Of a stretch of DNA of 64,000 nucleotides, positions 23,865 through 36,000 are shown piece by piece. Numbering within the stretch: position 1 is the stretch's first letter; every line of letters starts with the position of its first letter. This DNA is from Psammoneis japonica. Its lineage: Eukaryota. The notes under the pieces were generated by a model that saw nothing but the letters and a program-made list of their open reading frames with translations, was not told where the DNA came from and searched no databases. The position numbers and the translations under genes were made by a program. The DNA lies in the NCBI GenBank assembly GCA_008632985.1, contig QPGO01000182.1, positions 62,001-126,000 of the forward strand, in the 5' to 3' direction.

Positions 23865-26499
23865 ATGGCTGCAGTGTTAATCACGATTCTCCAACTAGCA
23901 TGCAGTGCTCCTCTTCTTTCGGTACATGCGTTCGTCGCAAACAACCAACAACCGCAAGCTCATGCAACGCAGCCATCATCATGCACAGCTCGACATGTCA
24001 CTTTACACGATTTTGATGACGGAACGTCCAAATTGAAATCCTTTGCCACGAAATTCGTCAAGATGCGCGCTTTTGAATCGAGATTAGAAGTGCTGGAACG
24101 TGGAGCACCAACGGCCTTGTCCAACTTTTTTGAACCCCATCTCAACAGTTTCTCAGTCAAACCAGGAAGTGTACAGGTGTGAATGTGTGTGTGAGAGAGA
24201 GTGGTACAGTTTTTTCGAGGCGTTGCTGTTCTCTGATAATTCTCTTTTTCTGCTTTTTTCCTTTCTACAGCGAGTCAGCATCACAAGCACCTGCTACGCC
24301 CTACAAACATTAATGTCCGCAGTGACTCGTCCTGTATGATTCCGTGGCGTCCATGGACATGTCACCCTTGTTGGAGGACGAACATCGTCATCGATGGAAC
24401 AAGATGCTGACAAGATTCAAGTTCGAGCAGTTGTTCAGGCGTTGCTCAAGGCGGAATGGCGGGAGGATGATTTGTTTCAGGTACCGTTATTGCTTCATAC
24501 AATTTTGGCTGTAGACAAGTCGCGTGCTGTAGTTGGTGATAATATGGATGAGCAGCTTGCAACAAAGGTAAGACTATGCAAGAAGATTTGTTTGTTCTCC
24601 ATCGAAGATATTCAGAATGGTCTCAGTAGCTCAAAACATGTTTTTGGTACAGGTCCGAAAGCTTGTAGAAGCTGTGTTGTCGGCACGCCCAACACGACGA
24701 AGTGGATCCAACCAACAGTATTCGGATTATATTCAATATCTCTGCTGCCAGGCATATGCGACTCTTTACGAATCGACCGATGTTCCGACAGCGCAAGGCA
24801 TTGATGAAGGCGGGCGTCGGGGGTCTTCCCGAAAGTGCCCTCCCGACGGTGCGGCTCTCAGCTCTCGCTTGCACTTGCTCGGTATGTAGTCGGCACAATG
24901 ACTGCATTTTGCAATCAATTCTGAATTATGGTACGCGTTGAATCTTACACACGTTTGCTGCTTCTTTTCTATTCAAGATGTGCCGAAGTTAGTTTCAATG
25001 AGCTGTGTCGACAGCTAGCATATCGAACGGCTGGTGAACGGACTTCGTTGATGTGATTCGTCTAGCTTACTCCCTGTTGACCTATGTCACTGCATCAAAC
25101 AGTCTTGCTGGTACTGCGGGAAGAGAGCTTGTTCCAGGTGCTGGTCCTTCACCGGGGACAAGGGTCAGCCCACCCAACAAACGACTCGTCGCAGCTGCCT
25201 TGGATGCATTCTTTGCGGAACAAAACGATGATGGGTTATGGGGCAAGGGACAGCCAATCTACAAGTCCTTTCGACGTAGTGGAAGGAATGTGGAAATGCT
25301 TTTGTATTCGTTGTAGCCGATACTTTGGGATGCTTGATGGAGAAACTCCCATCAGAGGATTTTCGCCCTCACCTTGACGGATTGCAAAAGTCATTGAAAT
25401 GGATAGAGACGCATCAAACGGTTGAGGTCATTCCGGATTATTGTGATGTCGAGAGCGGGCAGTGCTACGGTAAGGCCCTTCGAGGCTGGGCCTCTCCACA
25501 TCTCACCGAAGATACGGGCCCAGTGTCTTGGAGCACGGCTCAAACGCTCACGTGCGTGTCGAGGATGCGCCAAGTTATTCGGGATTTGCAACACACGGAC
25601 GTTCTTGCCGAATTTCAGGGTGTGGAGAACACCGAAAAGACACCCAACTTGCTGCTTGGAACCGACTTTTAGATACGGATTTGGGGGCGTGTAATGGAGG
25701 GCCGAGTCGCACGTTAAAGGAGGTCCTCGAGGAGCGCGTCATTACGCCCTTCTCGGAGTCGAGTAGTAGTCCGTCGTATGGGCAGCTTACTCTGCTATCC
25801 TCTTTGGTCCACCGGGTACTGCCAAGACGACGATTTGTGAATCTCTCGCCGAGAGGATGGGTTGGGACTTTCTTGTCATTGATACTGCAGCATTTCTAGC
25901 GGATGGCCTATCGAATGTTGCAGCGCGGATTCGCTATGTATTTGAACGCCTCCAATCCTTGGAGCGATGCATCATTTTGTTTGACGAGATTGAGGAGTTT
26001 TGTCTTGACCGCGAAACTCCAGGATTGGGAATGGAGAGTCGCATGTTGACAACTGCCATGCTCACAGCAATCAATGATTTGAGACGAGCCAAGAGGAGCA
26101 TCTTCTTCTGGCGACAAACCGACTGCGAGCATTCGACTCAGCAATCACTCGACCAGGTCGTTTTGACATGCAGCTATTCGTAGGTACTCCCAATATGGAA
26201 GCGCGGTGCATTCAACTTCGACAAAAGCTTGCATCAGTCCCTGTTAGCGAGAAGCGCAAGAAGAAGCCGAAAAAGCTTACAAATCCTTCCTCGAGTCCGT
26301 TTGGACGGAAGATGCAATGTTTATGAATTATTTGGAGGGCATGCAGTTTGCAAAAGCATGTGCTAATATTGTCGCATCGCGAATGGAGCTAACAGAAGAA
26401 GAAATGGGAGCAATACTCGAGACTCAAGCTGCAGTTATGACAGCAAGGGGAGCCGTTCGCGATGAATACCTTGCCTCGATGGAAATGTCAAGACTGTAG
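23865..26499 (+). CDS. AAA+ ATPase with likely bipartite plastid presequence, multi-exon; frameshifts probably assembly errors
   Basis: Signal peptide then AF (SVHA-FVANN). Walker A GPPGTAKT, Walker B ILFDEIEEF, and RPGRFD. Single-base deletions relative to the copy at 43537-44538. Confidence 0.8.
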
Positions 26500-27074
26500 A
26501 CGATGATGTTTCTCTAGCTACTGTAAACTAGTTTTCAAGTCGAATGGCACCACCATAGGCCCGACACCAAGACGCCTTTGTCGTTGTCGTTGCTCATTGG
26601 TGTCCAAACGGCTATTAGTGACCATTTCATGGGCGCTCCATTTCGTCGGAATTGGTTTATGTAGTTAGGTTTTTCCTCTAAATCAGATCACCACTTTTTA
26701 CGCTTTTCGCATTCTGGGTGTTACTCGTAGTTAGTTCCATGCTCTGGCTCTGTCGATTTCACCCTTCGTGCTATTCATTTTTCCCGCGGAACCGTGGACC
26801 ACACCGAGCGCGAACCCAGATTTTTTTCTTCGCGCTGATTTTTTTTTCGCGCGCCGCGGTCAAAGGCGCGTTGGCTCGAAACACATCCTCAGACGCCTCC
26901 AGGGCAATGATCACCAGCAGCCCCCCGGTGCGCCATCTGGTGAACAATCCTCTCAAGGCTGGAAGGGTTCTTTAGACGTGGTGTCGAGTCCTGAATCAAA
27001 AAACTCGTCCGAAGATAACTCGCTTGTCAACGGGTGCAAGCACAGACCTTCTGCTTCTTCCTCGACGGACGTCT

Positions 27075-28750
27075 CCAATTGCGTCTGACAGCAATGATGA
27101 TTCTCAATGTCATGATGACGACAAGGACGACAACGAAAATACAGCCGATGGTTGGAAGAAGAGGAAACGAAAATGAAGGATGCGCCGCTTCCACGCCCAC
27201 TGAAGAAATTTCGCTGCTGCCAAAGAAGCGAAAGCAGGTCGCTGGGCATGAGCCCAGCTCAATTGGAGTGGCCAAGTCCAATGAGGCAGCTCAAAAGGTG
27301 CTGTCCCATGTGGAGGAAGCCCGAGAAGTTGCATTGGATCATGAGGGAAAACTGGACGAATGCTGCGAATCATGCAACGACCTTGTCGATCGAACCAGGG
27401 GATGTGAGACAGCGCTTGGGCGTCAACGAAAATGCAACACATCCCTTCAAAGAACGACAGAGAATGACCAGAAAGTCAAGAAACAACACAAGGAGTCTCC
27501 AAGGATGGGGCTGCTCTTAAGAATGAGCTGGCAAGCATGAAGCACAAGAGCTCGACTCTCGAGGGCAAGTTGGAGAAAAAGCGGACCAAGGTCAAAGAAT
27601 TCAGTGACAAGTTGAATGGCAACAAAGACAAACAGGAGAGAGACAAGTTCAATGCCAAAGTCAGTGTGAGATCAAGAAGCTGAAACAAACCAAAGCTGCT
27701 AAAGAGAGCAAGAGAATTGAAGCAGAAAACAACAAGGTGCTCCAACCGCAGAAGGAACTCAACAGTGCTCAAGCTGCTGAGCTGAAATCTGACATCAAGC
27801 TCATTGCCAAGAAGGAAGAAAAGGCACAGGCACTGAACAGCAAGACCATGTTGCAGGGGCTGCCAAATGCAAGCATTGTGTTTCCAATTTCCGTTGCAAA
27901 ATGATGGCGCACCTGCCGGTTCTCACCAAAGATTCTCTCATTGCTGTTCTACACTGCACATGCATCAGGCACAGCATCAGCAACAGATGCCAGCTCAGAA
28001 CATGGAACTTTTGTCTCAAGGTTTTTCCAACATCTTGGGCTTCCAAGATGACATCCTTCAAGGCGTTGGTGCAAATGTCGGGCACCATCCTCAAGCTCAC
28101 GCACCGCCGGCATGCCAACAAGTCTGTTTGTCAGCCCTGTGTCAACCTCCAGTGCAGCAGCAAGGGTGTCAGCAGGCGCATCTGCCAAGCCAGCAGCCAT
28201 GCCAGCAGTCTGTGGCTGCCATCATTCAGCCCTTCTAGCTGCAGCATTGCCAGCCAACTTTGCAGCAGCAGCAGCAGCAGCAGCAGCACCATCAACCATT
28301 TCAATTGACCCACAAATCTGCAGCCTCCACAATTTGTTCAGCAACCACCTCCAGAGTCAACAACAACCGTGCCAGCAACCGCAGCCACATCAGCTGCTGC
28401 AGCAGCAGCACATCTGCAGCACCAACATGCTCATCAGCCTCAGGTGTTGCACCAGCAACTGCAGCAGAACCAGGATCACCAGCAGCTGCAACTGACCCGG
28501 CGCCATGTCACCATTGCAGCAGAGCCAACAACAACCTCCCCCACCATCCAGCAACTTGCCAGCCAGAAGACCGGCGTCAATCACTCCAGTTGCAGCAAGG
28601 CAATCATGCTCAAAAGCCATTGGGATGCCGTCAGCCGCAGGAGCGGAAAGTCCCCCCCCCCCCCGACTGTCAATCACCGCACTCAGACCCCAGATCTGTG
28701 AAGCGTTGTGGACAAGCCACTGCTACTGCGGCAGGAGATCAAAGTCCATG
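27075..28750 (+). pseudogene. Degraded second ORF inside the Tc1/mariner element (charged coiled-coil followed by Gln-rich region)
   Basis: Broken plus-strand frames rich in E/K, then (CAG)n and CAGCAA runs. TpA nearly absent. Confidence 0.45.
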
Positions 28751-29339
28751 CCAGGTGCATGTTGTTGTGTTTGCTGTGCTGTTCTTTGCTTTTTCCTTGA
28801 ATGTGCGCTGCTGGCCTTGTTGCACTGAGTCGGACGAAGACGACCTGTAAATCAACTGTAACTGCATTAGATCTCTGGCATATTTGTTGGAAAGGCGAGA
28901 TTCAAATGTGGTAGACAAGTTTAGTTATGAATTAGGTTTGGTGTGGATGGCAGTGTGGTCCATCTCGGCGATTGCAATCTCGAAATCGGCAGCTTTTTCA
29001 CTCGTGACTTCGAATCACGAGTCGGGAATGGGTGTTGACTAAATCGATTGAATGAGTCACGATTCGGGATTGAAATTTGATCCATTCGATTTGAATCGTT
29101 TGCACAATAAATGGAAAAACTTTGACCCCGCCAGAGAGACAGAAATGCCCAAGAAACGAGCATTATCAGTCTCCTAGTCTCTAAGCCAATGTCTTGTGAG
29201 AATGGAACAAGTGTGCATTGTTCATGGTGTTGGGCATTGGAAAATAAAGCCGATTCACGAGACAATCATTTTTTCTGCCCAAAAACTTCCTCATCCAGAG
29301 CTTTGCGTTGGTCTCATGTGATGCATGAGCATCAAACTA

Positions 29340-30150
29340 GTCAGTTGAAAACATTTCTAAGTTCACACTGCAATGCTGCAGATGTTGTGTCTGCATTTGC
29401 AGTGCATCTTCTTCGCCAGATTCCGTGGAGAGAATTCGTTCACAATGGCGGCAGTTGCAGTGAGCGGACCGATCAGCCCCAGTCCCCAAAATCTGCATTT
29501 GCTTGAGTCTTGCAACCAACACACTCCAAAGCTTTTCAACAGGATTCAATTCAAGGCAGCACACACCAAGCATCAGCAGATGAATGTTGAAACTGTCCCA
29601 GCCAGAGCCAATCTTCTGGCACCGAGTTCTCGCCACACACGTGGATGCTGGCATTGTCGAGCACAAGAACGTCCCCAGGCAACAAAAATGCAGAGATAAT
29701 CCCTCTTTAATGGCAGTGGCAAATGCAGTTGAATCATTTGTTCCATCATTGATGTTGAAAAACACAGGATGCCGCCTTGGATCAACACCGCAAAATCCAA
29801 TTGTCGTGCGCGTGTTCCTAAAGTCCGGGTCGGTGATGACAGGAGAGACACCTCCCCTGCAATTGGATCACATCTGACTTGCTTGTTGAATGTCTCTGCT
29901 GCCTTCAGCAACTTTTCATCTCCAAATTTGATGCGATTGTGGGTCAAGCCAACACAAGCTGAACATGTTCAATTGCTTGTTGGATGTTTTCGGGCTTGCA
30001 TTTGTCAATGGGGACCTTGTCGGTTTTACGGAGATTTGCCTTTGTGTCAAAACTGTCTTTCCAAAAGTGTTGGAGAGTGCGAATGGATGCAAGTGCATCT
30101 GTCCTGTTGAACAGTTCCATCTGACAGCTTGAAAGTGCCCGACTCGGGCA
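29340..30150 (-). pseudogene. DDE transposase remnant (Tc1/IS630 type)
   Basis: IKFGDEKLL, LVLDNASIH (29641-29667) and ELNPVEKLWS (29522-29552), with a frameshift between them. Confidence 0.8.
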
Positions 30151-30699
30151 TTCTTGAAGCACAGCAACACCAGTGAGAGCATGTCAAGAGAGCCCATCGT
30201 TTTGGCACCTGGACCCTTTAGACGCTGAGGTTGTTGATGAGTTGGATCAATCAACCCATCTTCACTGAGCAGCTTGTAACAACCTTGAGGGCCCAAGCAG
30301 GAGATGCTTTGACCACCTTTCCAAGGTGCATCTGACGGCCTTTCACCTGCTGATTCCAGGAGCTCAAAACACGCGTTTGCTGATTCAATTTTCTTTTCTG
30401 TGCCATGGGCCTTGTCAGGGGCATGGCATGCCACCATGGGCATTGGTTTCCAGGCCACTGGAGTCATGCAGTGATGAAACCAGGTGCTCATTGTTGAGAA
30501 ATGGGTGTTGGCACAGGGTTGGCAGCAAAAAAGAAGCCACATGAGCTGAAAAACATTTTGGGGTTCGCAGGGTGTCCACGGTTCCGCGGGAAAGACAACA
30601 TGATGCCTCAGCATTCTGCAACAATTTTGTGTTCAATCACCCTGCAGACAAAACATGCAATCACAGATTTGGGGGTGTGGAAAAACAGACCTTGTGGAC

Positions 30700-33600
30700 T
30701 TTAGCCTCTCTCTGCTCTGCTCTGCTCTGCTCTGGTGGTTTCTGTGCAAATGGCACATTTGGACAAAATGTGCTGTCAACATGATGTCTCAGTCCAAAAC
30801 TCCACCACAATTTTTCCAATGCTCCCCAGCTGTTTTGCCATTGAGAGCAATGCATCAAACACCACAGGGCATGGGGGCATGGACAACACAAGGGAAAATC
30901 AATTTGTGGTGGGCATTTGAAGGCTTCTGAATGCATCATGAGAAATGAGTTTGTCACAGTTGGGGGCCACAAATCAATCGCCGGCATGCTTTTTTTTTTT
31001 GCGCAAAACATGCCATTTTGTGTGCTGTCTTGTGGAATCAGTGCCAGGATTGCTGCAGCCAGAATTGGCACACATGGTGTCACAGCATCTGTGTGGCAAC
31101 CACTGTTTGACATGTTTCAATGTGACATCTCACGCAACCCTCCACCTCCATCTCAGACACCGTCAGACCTCGGTGTTAAATTTCATGCACAAAACAAGCA
31201 AATGCATGTAAGCACTTTGCACAGATTGCACATGATGTGACATTTTCATGTTGTGTTCATCAAACTGTTGCAGGAATGCATGACACATCACAATTTGTGG
31301 AGATTTGCTTCATGATGGTTGAAGGGTTGATTGCAGCACACATCAGGCAGGCACATCACGACCACCATCAGCAGACAATCATGGAAACTGGCACTTGATT
31401 TGCAATGCACCCCATGGAAAAGCATTGCTTCTTTTTCTCAAAAGAGTCAAAATGCACACAGCAACATGCTGAGCCAATTGACAGGGAGCAGACTGTGCCA
31501 AAGCTCCCAACAACATGAGGTGAGAAACAACACTGTGAGATGTGATGAGATTGGACACAACTTGCCATCATTGCAGCTCAGTTTGGAAGGTGCAGAGATG
31601 CCAAGTGACAGCTCAGTGGGTGCCAATGCACCAGTGTCAAAAGTGATGCAACAAAGTGGCAGATAAATTGTCATGGGTGGGTCTCTTGCCACATCTGCAA
31701 TGGAAGAGCAAGATGACATCACGAGCAAGCAACAAAAGAAAAAGTGGTGCAGCAGCAAAATGAGTGACAGGAACAAGATTGCACTGGAGAGCTGCTGCAA
31801 GAATGCATTGTTTGGACAGCACAACTTTCTGAATGACAAGGCCACTGAGAGTCCTGACTGATGGATTGCAGCAATTGTGCTGTCAGAGCTGAGTGGCACT
31901 GTGCCCAAGAAAAGAGAGTGTGAATTTGGGATGTGTCCAAGCATGAGATGAGAAGGCAAGTGACAAGAAGGAGAAATGGTGCCAGCAGGGAACTGAAGAA
32001 AGAATTCTTCTGCAAGCACCACACAAAGCATGCAACAGATGGGAAGTGGAGAAAAAACGGACAAATGGCACCTTGCTGTTCACATGCTCACAGGGCACAT
32101 TGTGGATCACAACAAGAAGAACCCACAAGCAGAAAACAATGACAGGATGCTGACTCTGGAGGAGATGCCAGAGGGGAGGAACAACATGAGAGCCCAAAGT
32201 CATCTCACCTTGCACTTCCTGCCAACTGTGGTCAGAAAGATGATGTGCAAACATCAGCTCAAATCAAGACATTGCCTGAACAAGTTGGCACCTGTGAGGG
32301 ACAAGGCATTTGGTCTGCTGGTGTTGGAGAACAATTGGAGCAAGTGGGCACGCATGTGCAGTGAAACAAAGGAAGAGTTGGGGAGGAGAAAGAGAAGGGA
32401 CTTGTTCCCAATGCAAAATGCGGCAATGGGAAAGGAAAGCAAGCAAGAAGAAGGGGTCACAGTTAGAACAAGCAAGGATCAGAGAGGTGCCAACAACTGG
32501 AAAACACGCTCACAACCCATTGCAGGCAAAGAAAAACAGAGTCTGATGGGTGCTGCCAGAGGCAAAATTCTGGCTCAGTTGTGACCTGCAGTGACTGCTC
32601 ATCCTGCATCTCAACTTCTTCATTTTCCCCTTCTGGTTCTTTCTCCACAACACCAGAATGACTGGTGTGATCTTCTCCCATGCTGCACTTTTGCATCAAA
32701 AGAGAGGCAAAACAAACTGTGGCAATTGCTTGTTTGCTTTCTCTCTGCATGTGCTGGCACTGGTGCAAGTGAAAATGAGTGGCGGTGCTTGCCAGACTGG
32801 GGCCCCCACACTGCAGTCAAAATGACTCAGTGCCCATTGTCTCCAATTGCAGCCGACTGCAACAATGGACAACAGCACTTGCAATCACATTGACCGTGTG
32901 TGGCAAATGCCCAATGCAGTCATTGTTTTTGGATCTGGGGATCAATTGCTTTGCAATTTCATGACAGCTTTTCTTGACATGCCGCTTGTTGGCCTGTGCC
33001 CTGATGTTGCATTGGAAAAACCACCAATCTTTGCTGAAGCTGGCATTCTCATGGGAGACAAGCTGCAACTTTCTGGGAAATGCTGAGACAAGCGGCAATT
33101 GACAGGCTCTTTGCATGTCTGCATTCTCCAAGCTAGAGATCCTGCATGGTCACCACCACAGTCAATGCACTCCACCATTGGACTGTCACATGTCTCACAA
33201 ACTGACAAAGTTTGACCTGTCACAGGAATTTTTTGTTCTGGCAAACGTGTGCATTCAGTGTGCATCTCCGGCAATTGTTTCTCATGTCAGTGGTTGGTTG
33301 ACAGGAAAACAGAAAAAAGGAGGAGATTTGAAATGGACCATGCAAGCTTTTGTCATCCAGGGGGGTGGCTGCTGCAGAGGCACAAAGAGCAGGCCAAAAC
33401 TGCAGCTGAAGGAGGGTGACAATGTGGTGCTGAGTAAGTGAAGTCAAGCTGAGCATCGTGGCTCAGCTTTGAGCCAAAACCCTGCCAGAGATGCCAGCCA
33501 AAGCTGCCAGCTCCAGGCACTCCTCTCTCACTGGGGCGTTTGGGCTGCTCAAGCTGTGCACCAGTGCATTGCTTGGCTCAAAGACTGAACTTTTGGCATG

Positions 33601-33850
33601 GCAAGCTGGAGAGACAAAACCTTGTCAGCTTGACTGCTTGCCTTAGACCCTGCATTGTGAGCAAGCTGCTCTGCAGAACAAATGAGAGACACTGGTGCTG
33701 CCAGTGTGCTGGCATCTTGAGCCACCTCCTCAGGGTGCTCCATGGCCATTGGGCCCCAACCTTGCTTGTGGCTTCCTTGCCTTTCAGCTGCACAAATGTG
33801 CAACATGCATTGCAAAACAGAAAAGAAGTGTGCATCTTAACAATTGCACA
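30700..33850. repeat. Heavily degraded TpA- and CpG-depleted repeat remnants, family not identified
   Basis: TG/CA-saturated sequence. The fragment DKAFGLLVLENNWSKW at about 32300 suggests former coding DNA. Confidence 0.4.
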
Positions 33851-33859
33851 TTGTCACAT

Positions 33860-35082
33860 GTGTCAATCACACCACAATTGTGGATGCATGCAAAGGACAG
33901 ATCAGTCACACAGATCTGAGCAATGGGTCAGTTGTCACACCACACTGCAATGGAAAAAGGACTTCTGTCCTTCTTCTGTCTGTTGTGGAAACACTTGAAG
34001 AATTCTGAAATGTGCTCTTTGGCCAACACATGAACATGTGCACAGATCACAAAAATCTCACACGGAAGACTTCACTGCAGACATGCAGAGTCATGCACTG
34101 GTGACTCAACAGAAGAGTGCAGTCCAAAAATGATTCACCTCAAGGGCAAGGCAAATGTTGTTGCCTGTGAGTGTGGAAGTGAGTTCATCAGACACCAATT
34201 CCGGAACATGGGTTGAAGATGACTGTGGCATCAAATGCAAGCCCACAACTGCACAAAATCCACAAGCAAATGCTGTGATGGAGAAAGTGCACCAAGCGCT
34301 GGGCAACATGCTTCACACATTTGACTTGCAAAATGCATCTTTGGACACAACAAATTTGTTCTCTGGAACTCTGTCAGCAGTGGCCTCTACAGTGCAGTGC
34401 ATTCTGTGCAGCATGCTGCTGTGCAAGCTGTGTCAGGACAACTTGTCTTCAACAGAGACACGACATTTGATGTTCAACACATTGCTGGCTGGAAGTTCAT
34501 TTAGAAACAAAAACAAGAAATTACAAACAAGAATGATGCTCAAGAGAATGCTCAACACACTCCATGCACATGCAGAGTGGGAGAAAGAACACTGCTCAAG
34601 AAAGACTCTCAAAAGTCAGTGCAGCCCCATGTTGGACCACATGAAACAACAACGGTGCATGCCAATGGCACAGTGCAGATCAAACACAGTGGCATCATTG
34701 ACACCATCAGTCCAGTGTCCATCATGCAATGCCATTCAATGAATGACTCTGATGTGCAACTGGGGAGGCGAGTGCAAATGTGGATGCGCATGCAAAGGAC
34801 AGATCAGTCACACAAATCTGATTGAATGTTGAGAATTGCAGGTGCAATCAACAGACAATGTTGACACACAAGACATCAATGCTGAATCATGTCCAGACAA
34901 TCTGTTGTCACAATTGGATTCTCCTTGAGGCCTTTTGTTTGTAGAAGCAGTGCGAATGGTTTGAGCCATTGAGAACTCCTTCGGAGAAACCCAAAATCAT
35001 TGAACAAAATTCAATCTTACAATTTTCCACTTTTTGTGATTTGCTCTGCTTTTGTTTGCACTCATTCTTTGAGCACAGTGCA
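33860..35082 (+). mobile_element. Older Ty3/gypsy remnant: RNase H and integrase pieces, PPT and 3' LTR (34773-35082); same family as 35621-40246 in the opposite orientation
   Basis: LLSVVETLEEF*NVLFGQ..CTDHKNLT, GIKCKPTTAQNPQANAVMEKVHQALGNML, and PPT ggggaggcgag before tgca. The LTR end is the reverse complement of the 39881 LTR start. Confidence 0.8.
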
Positions 35083-35620
35083 AATGGCACCCCAGAGCAT
35101 TGTGCTGGCTTCTTTGTGGCCCAGGAGGATGGCTGCCACATGCACAACAGAGGGCAGCAGGCATGCATCATGACACAGCTGCAAGTGATGGTGCAACATT
35201 GCTGCTCCAAACCCCAAGCTGGCCACCAGCTCTGAGTGCCTCCAGCATGCCTTTTTGTTCAGAGCTGTGCCATGCCAACTCCACAACACTGCTTCATGGT
35301 GGCTTGCATGCATCAAGGAGGCAGCCAGGCCCCCATGTGATGAAGACCACACATGCCACTGACCCCGCGCAAAGCTGTGTTGCCCGGCACAGAGATCTGC
35401 AATGATGGCTGGCTCACATGTGTTGCAAAGAGGGTGTGGAGGCAGTGGCGTGCACAGTCAGTTGTGGCAAAGTCTTGTGCATGACATTGGTGTGTGAACA
35501 GGGGGTCGGGCAAGATTTTTGCCGTGTGTTGTGAAGTCACTCATTTGACTCAGAGCCAGCACTGGCTGTGAACAGCTGCAGTGTGAAAGTTTGGGCAGCC
35601 CAGCCAGCTTGTGCTCCTTG

Positions 35621-35987
35621 TGCACTGTGCTCGAAGAACGAGTGTAAACGAAAGTAGAACAGTGTGCGAAAAGTGGAAATTATGAGATCAGATTTTACTC
35701 TGTGATTTTTGGTTTCTCCGAATGAGCTCTCAATGGCCTGAAGCTTCTGCACTGCTTCCACAGACAAAAGGCCTTTCGGAGAATGTGATTGTGACAACAG
35801 ACAGTCCAAATGCGATTGCTTTTGACACACAAGATGTCAGCATTGTCTGTCGATCGCATTTGCGATTTTCGACTTCCGATCAACTCTGTGTGATCGTTCT
35901 GTCCTTCGCACGCATCCACGACTGTGGCACGATTGACACACAAATGACACGCAATCACATGTGTGTGTGCAACAGTCGCGTGCTGCA
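35621..35987 (-). repeat. 3' LTR (367 bp), TpA-hypermutated
   Basis: Aligns end to end with 39881-40246. Only 4 TpA remain. Confidence 0.95.
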
Positions 35988-36000
35988 CTCGCCTCCCTAA
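35988..36000 (-). other. Polypurine tract
   Basis: Minus strand reads ttagggaggcgag immediately before the 3' LTR TGCA. Confidence 0.8.

Larger units (their letters stand above)
26774..30598 (-). mobile_element. Tc1/mariner (IS630-like) DNA transposon, about 3.8 kb, with terminal inverted repeats
   Basis: Inverted tttcccgcggaaccgtggac at about 26780-26799 and 30574-30593. TA at 26772-26773 and CA at 30599-30600. An uninterrupted empty site is present in the paralog at about 44770-44840. Confidence 0.82.

Noticed and set aside
23865..26499. AAA gene as a pseudogene or programmed-frameshift gene
   Set aside because: The shifts are single-base deletions, mostly in short homopolymers, relative to the 43.5-kb copy. 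Similar shifts occur in other housekeeping genes, consistent with long-read errors.
28255..28290. (CAG)n microsatellite as an independent functional repeat
   Set aside because: It is part of the degraded Gln-rich ORF inside the transposon.
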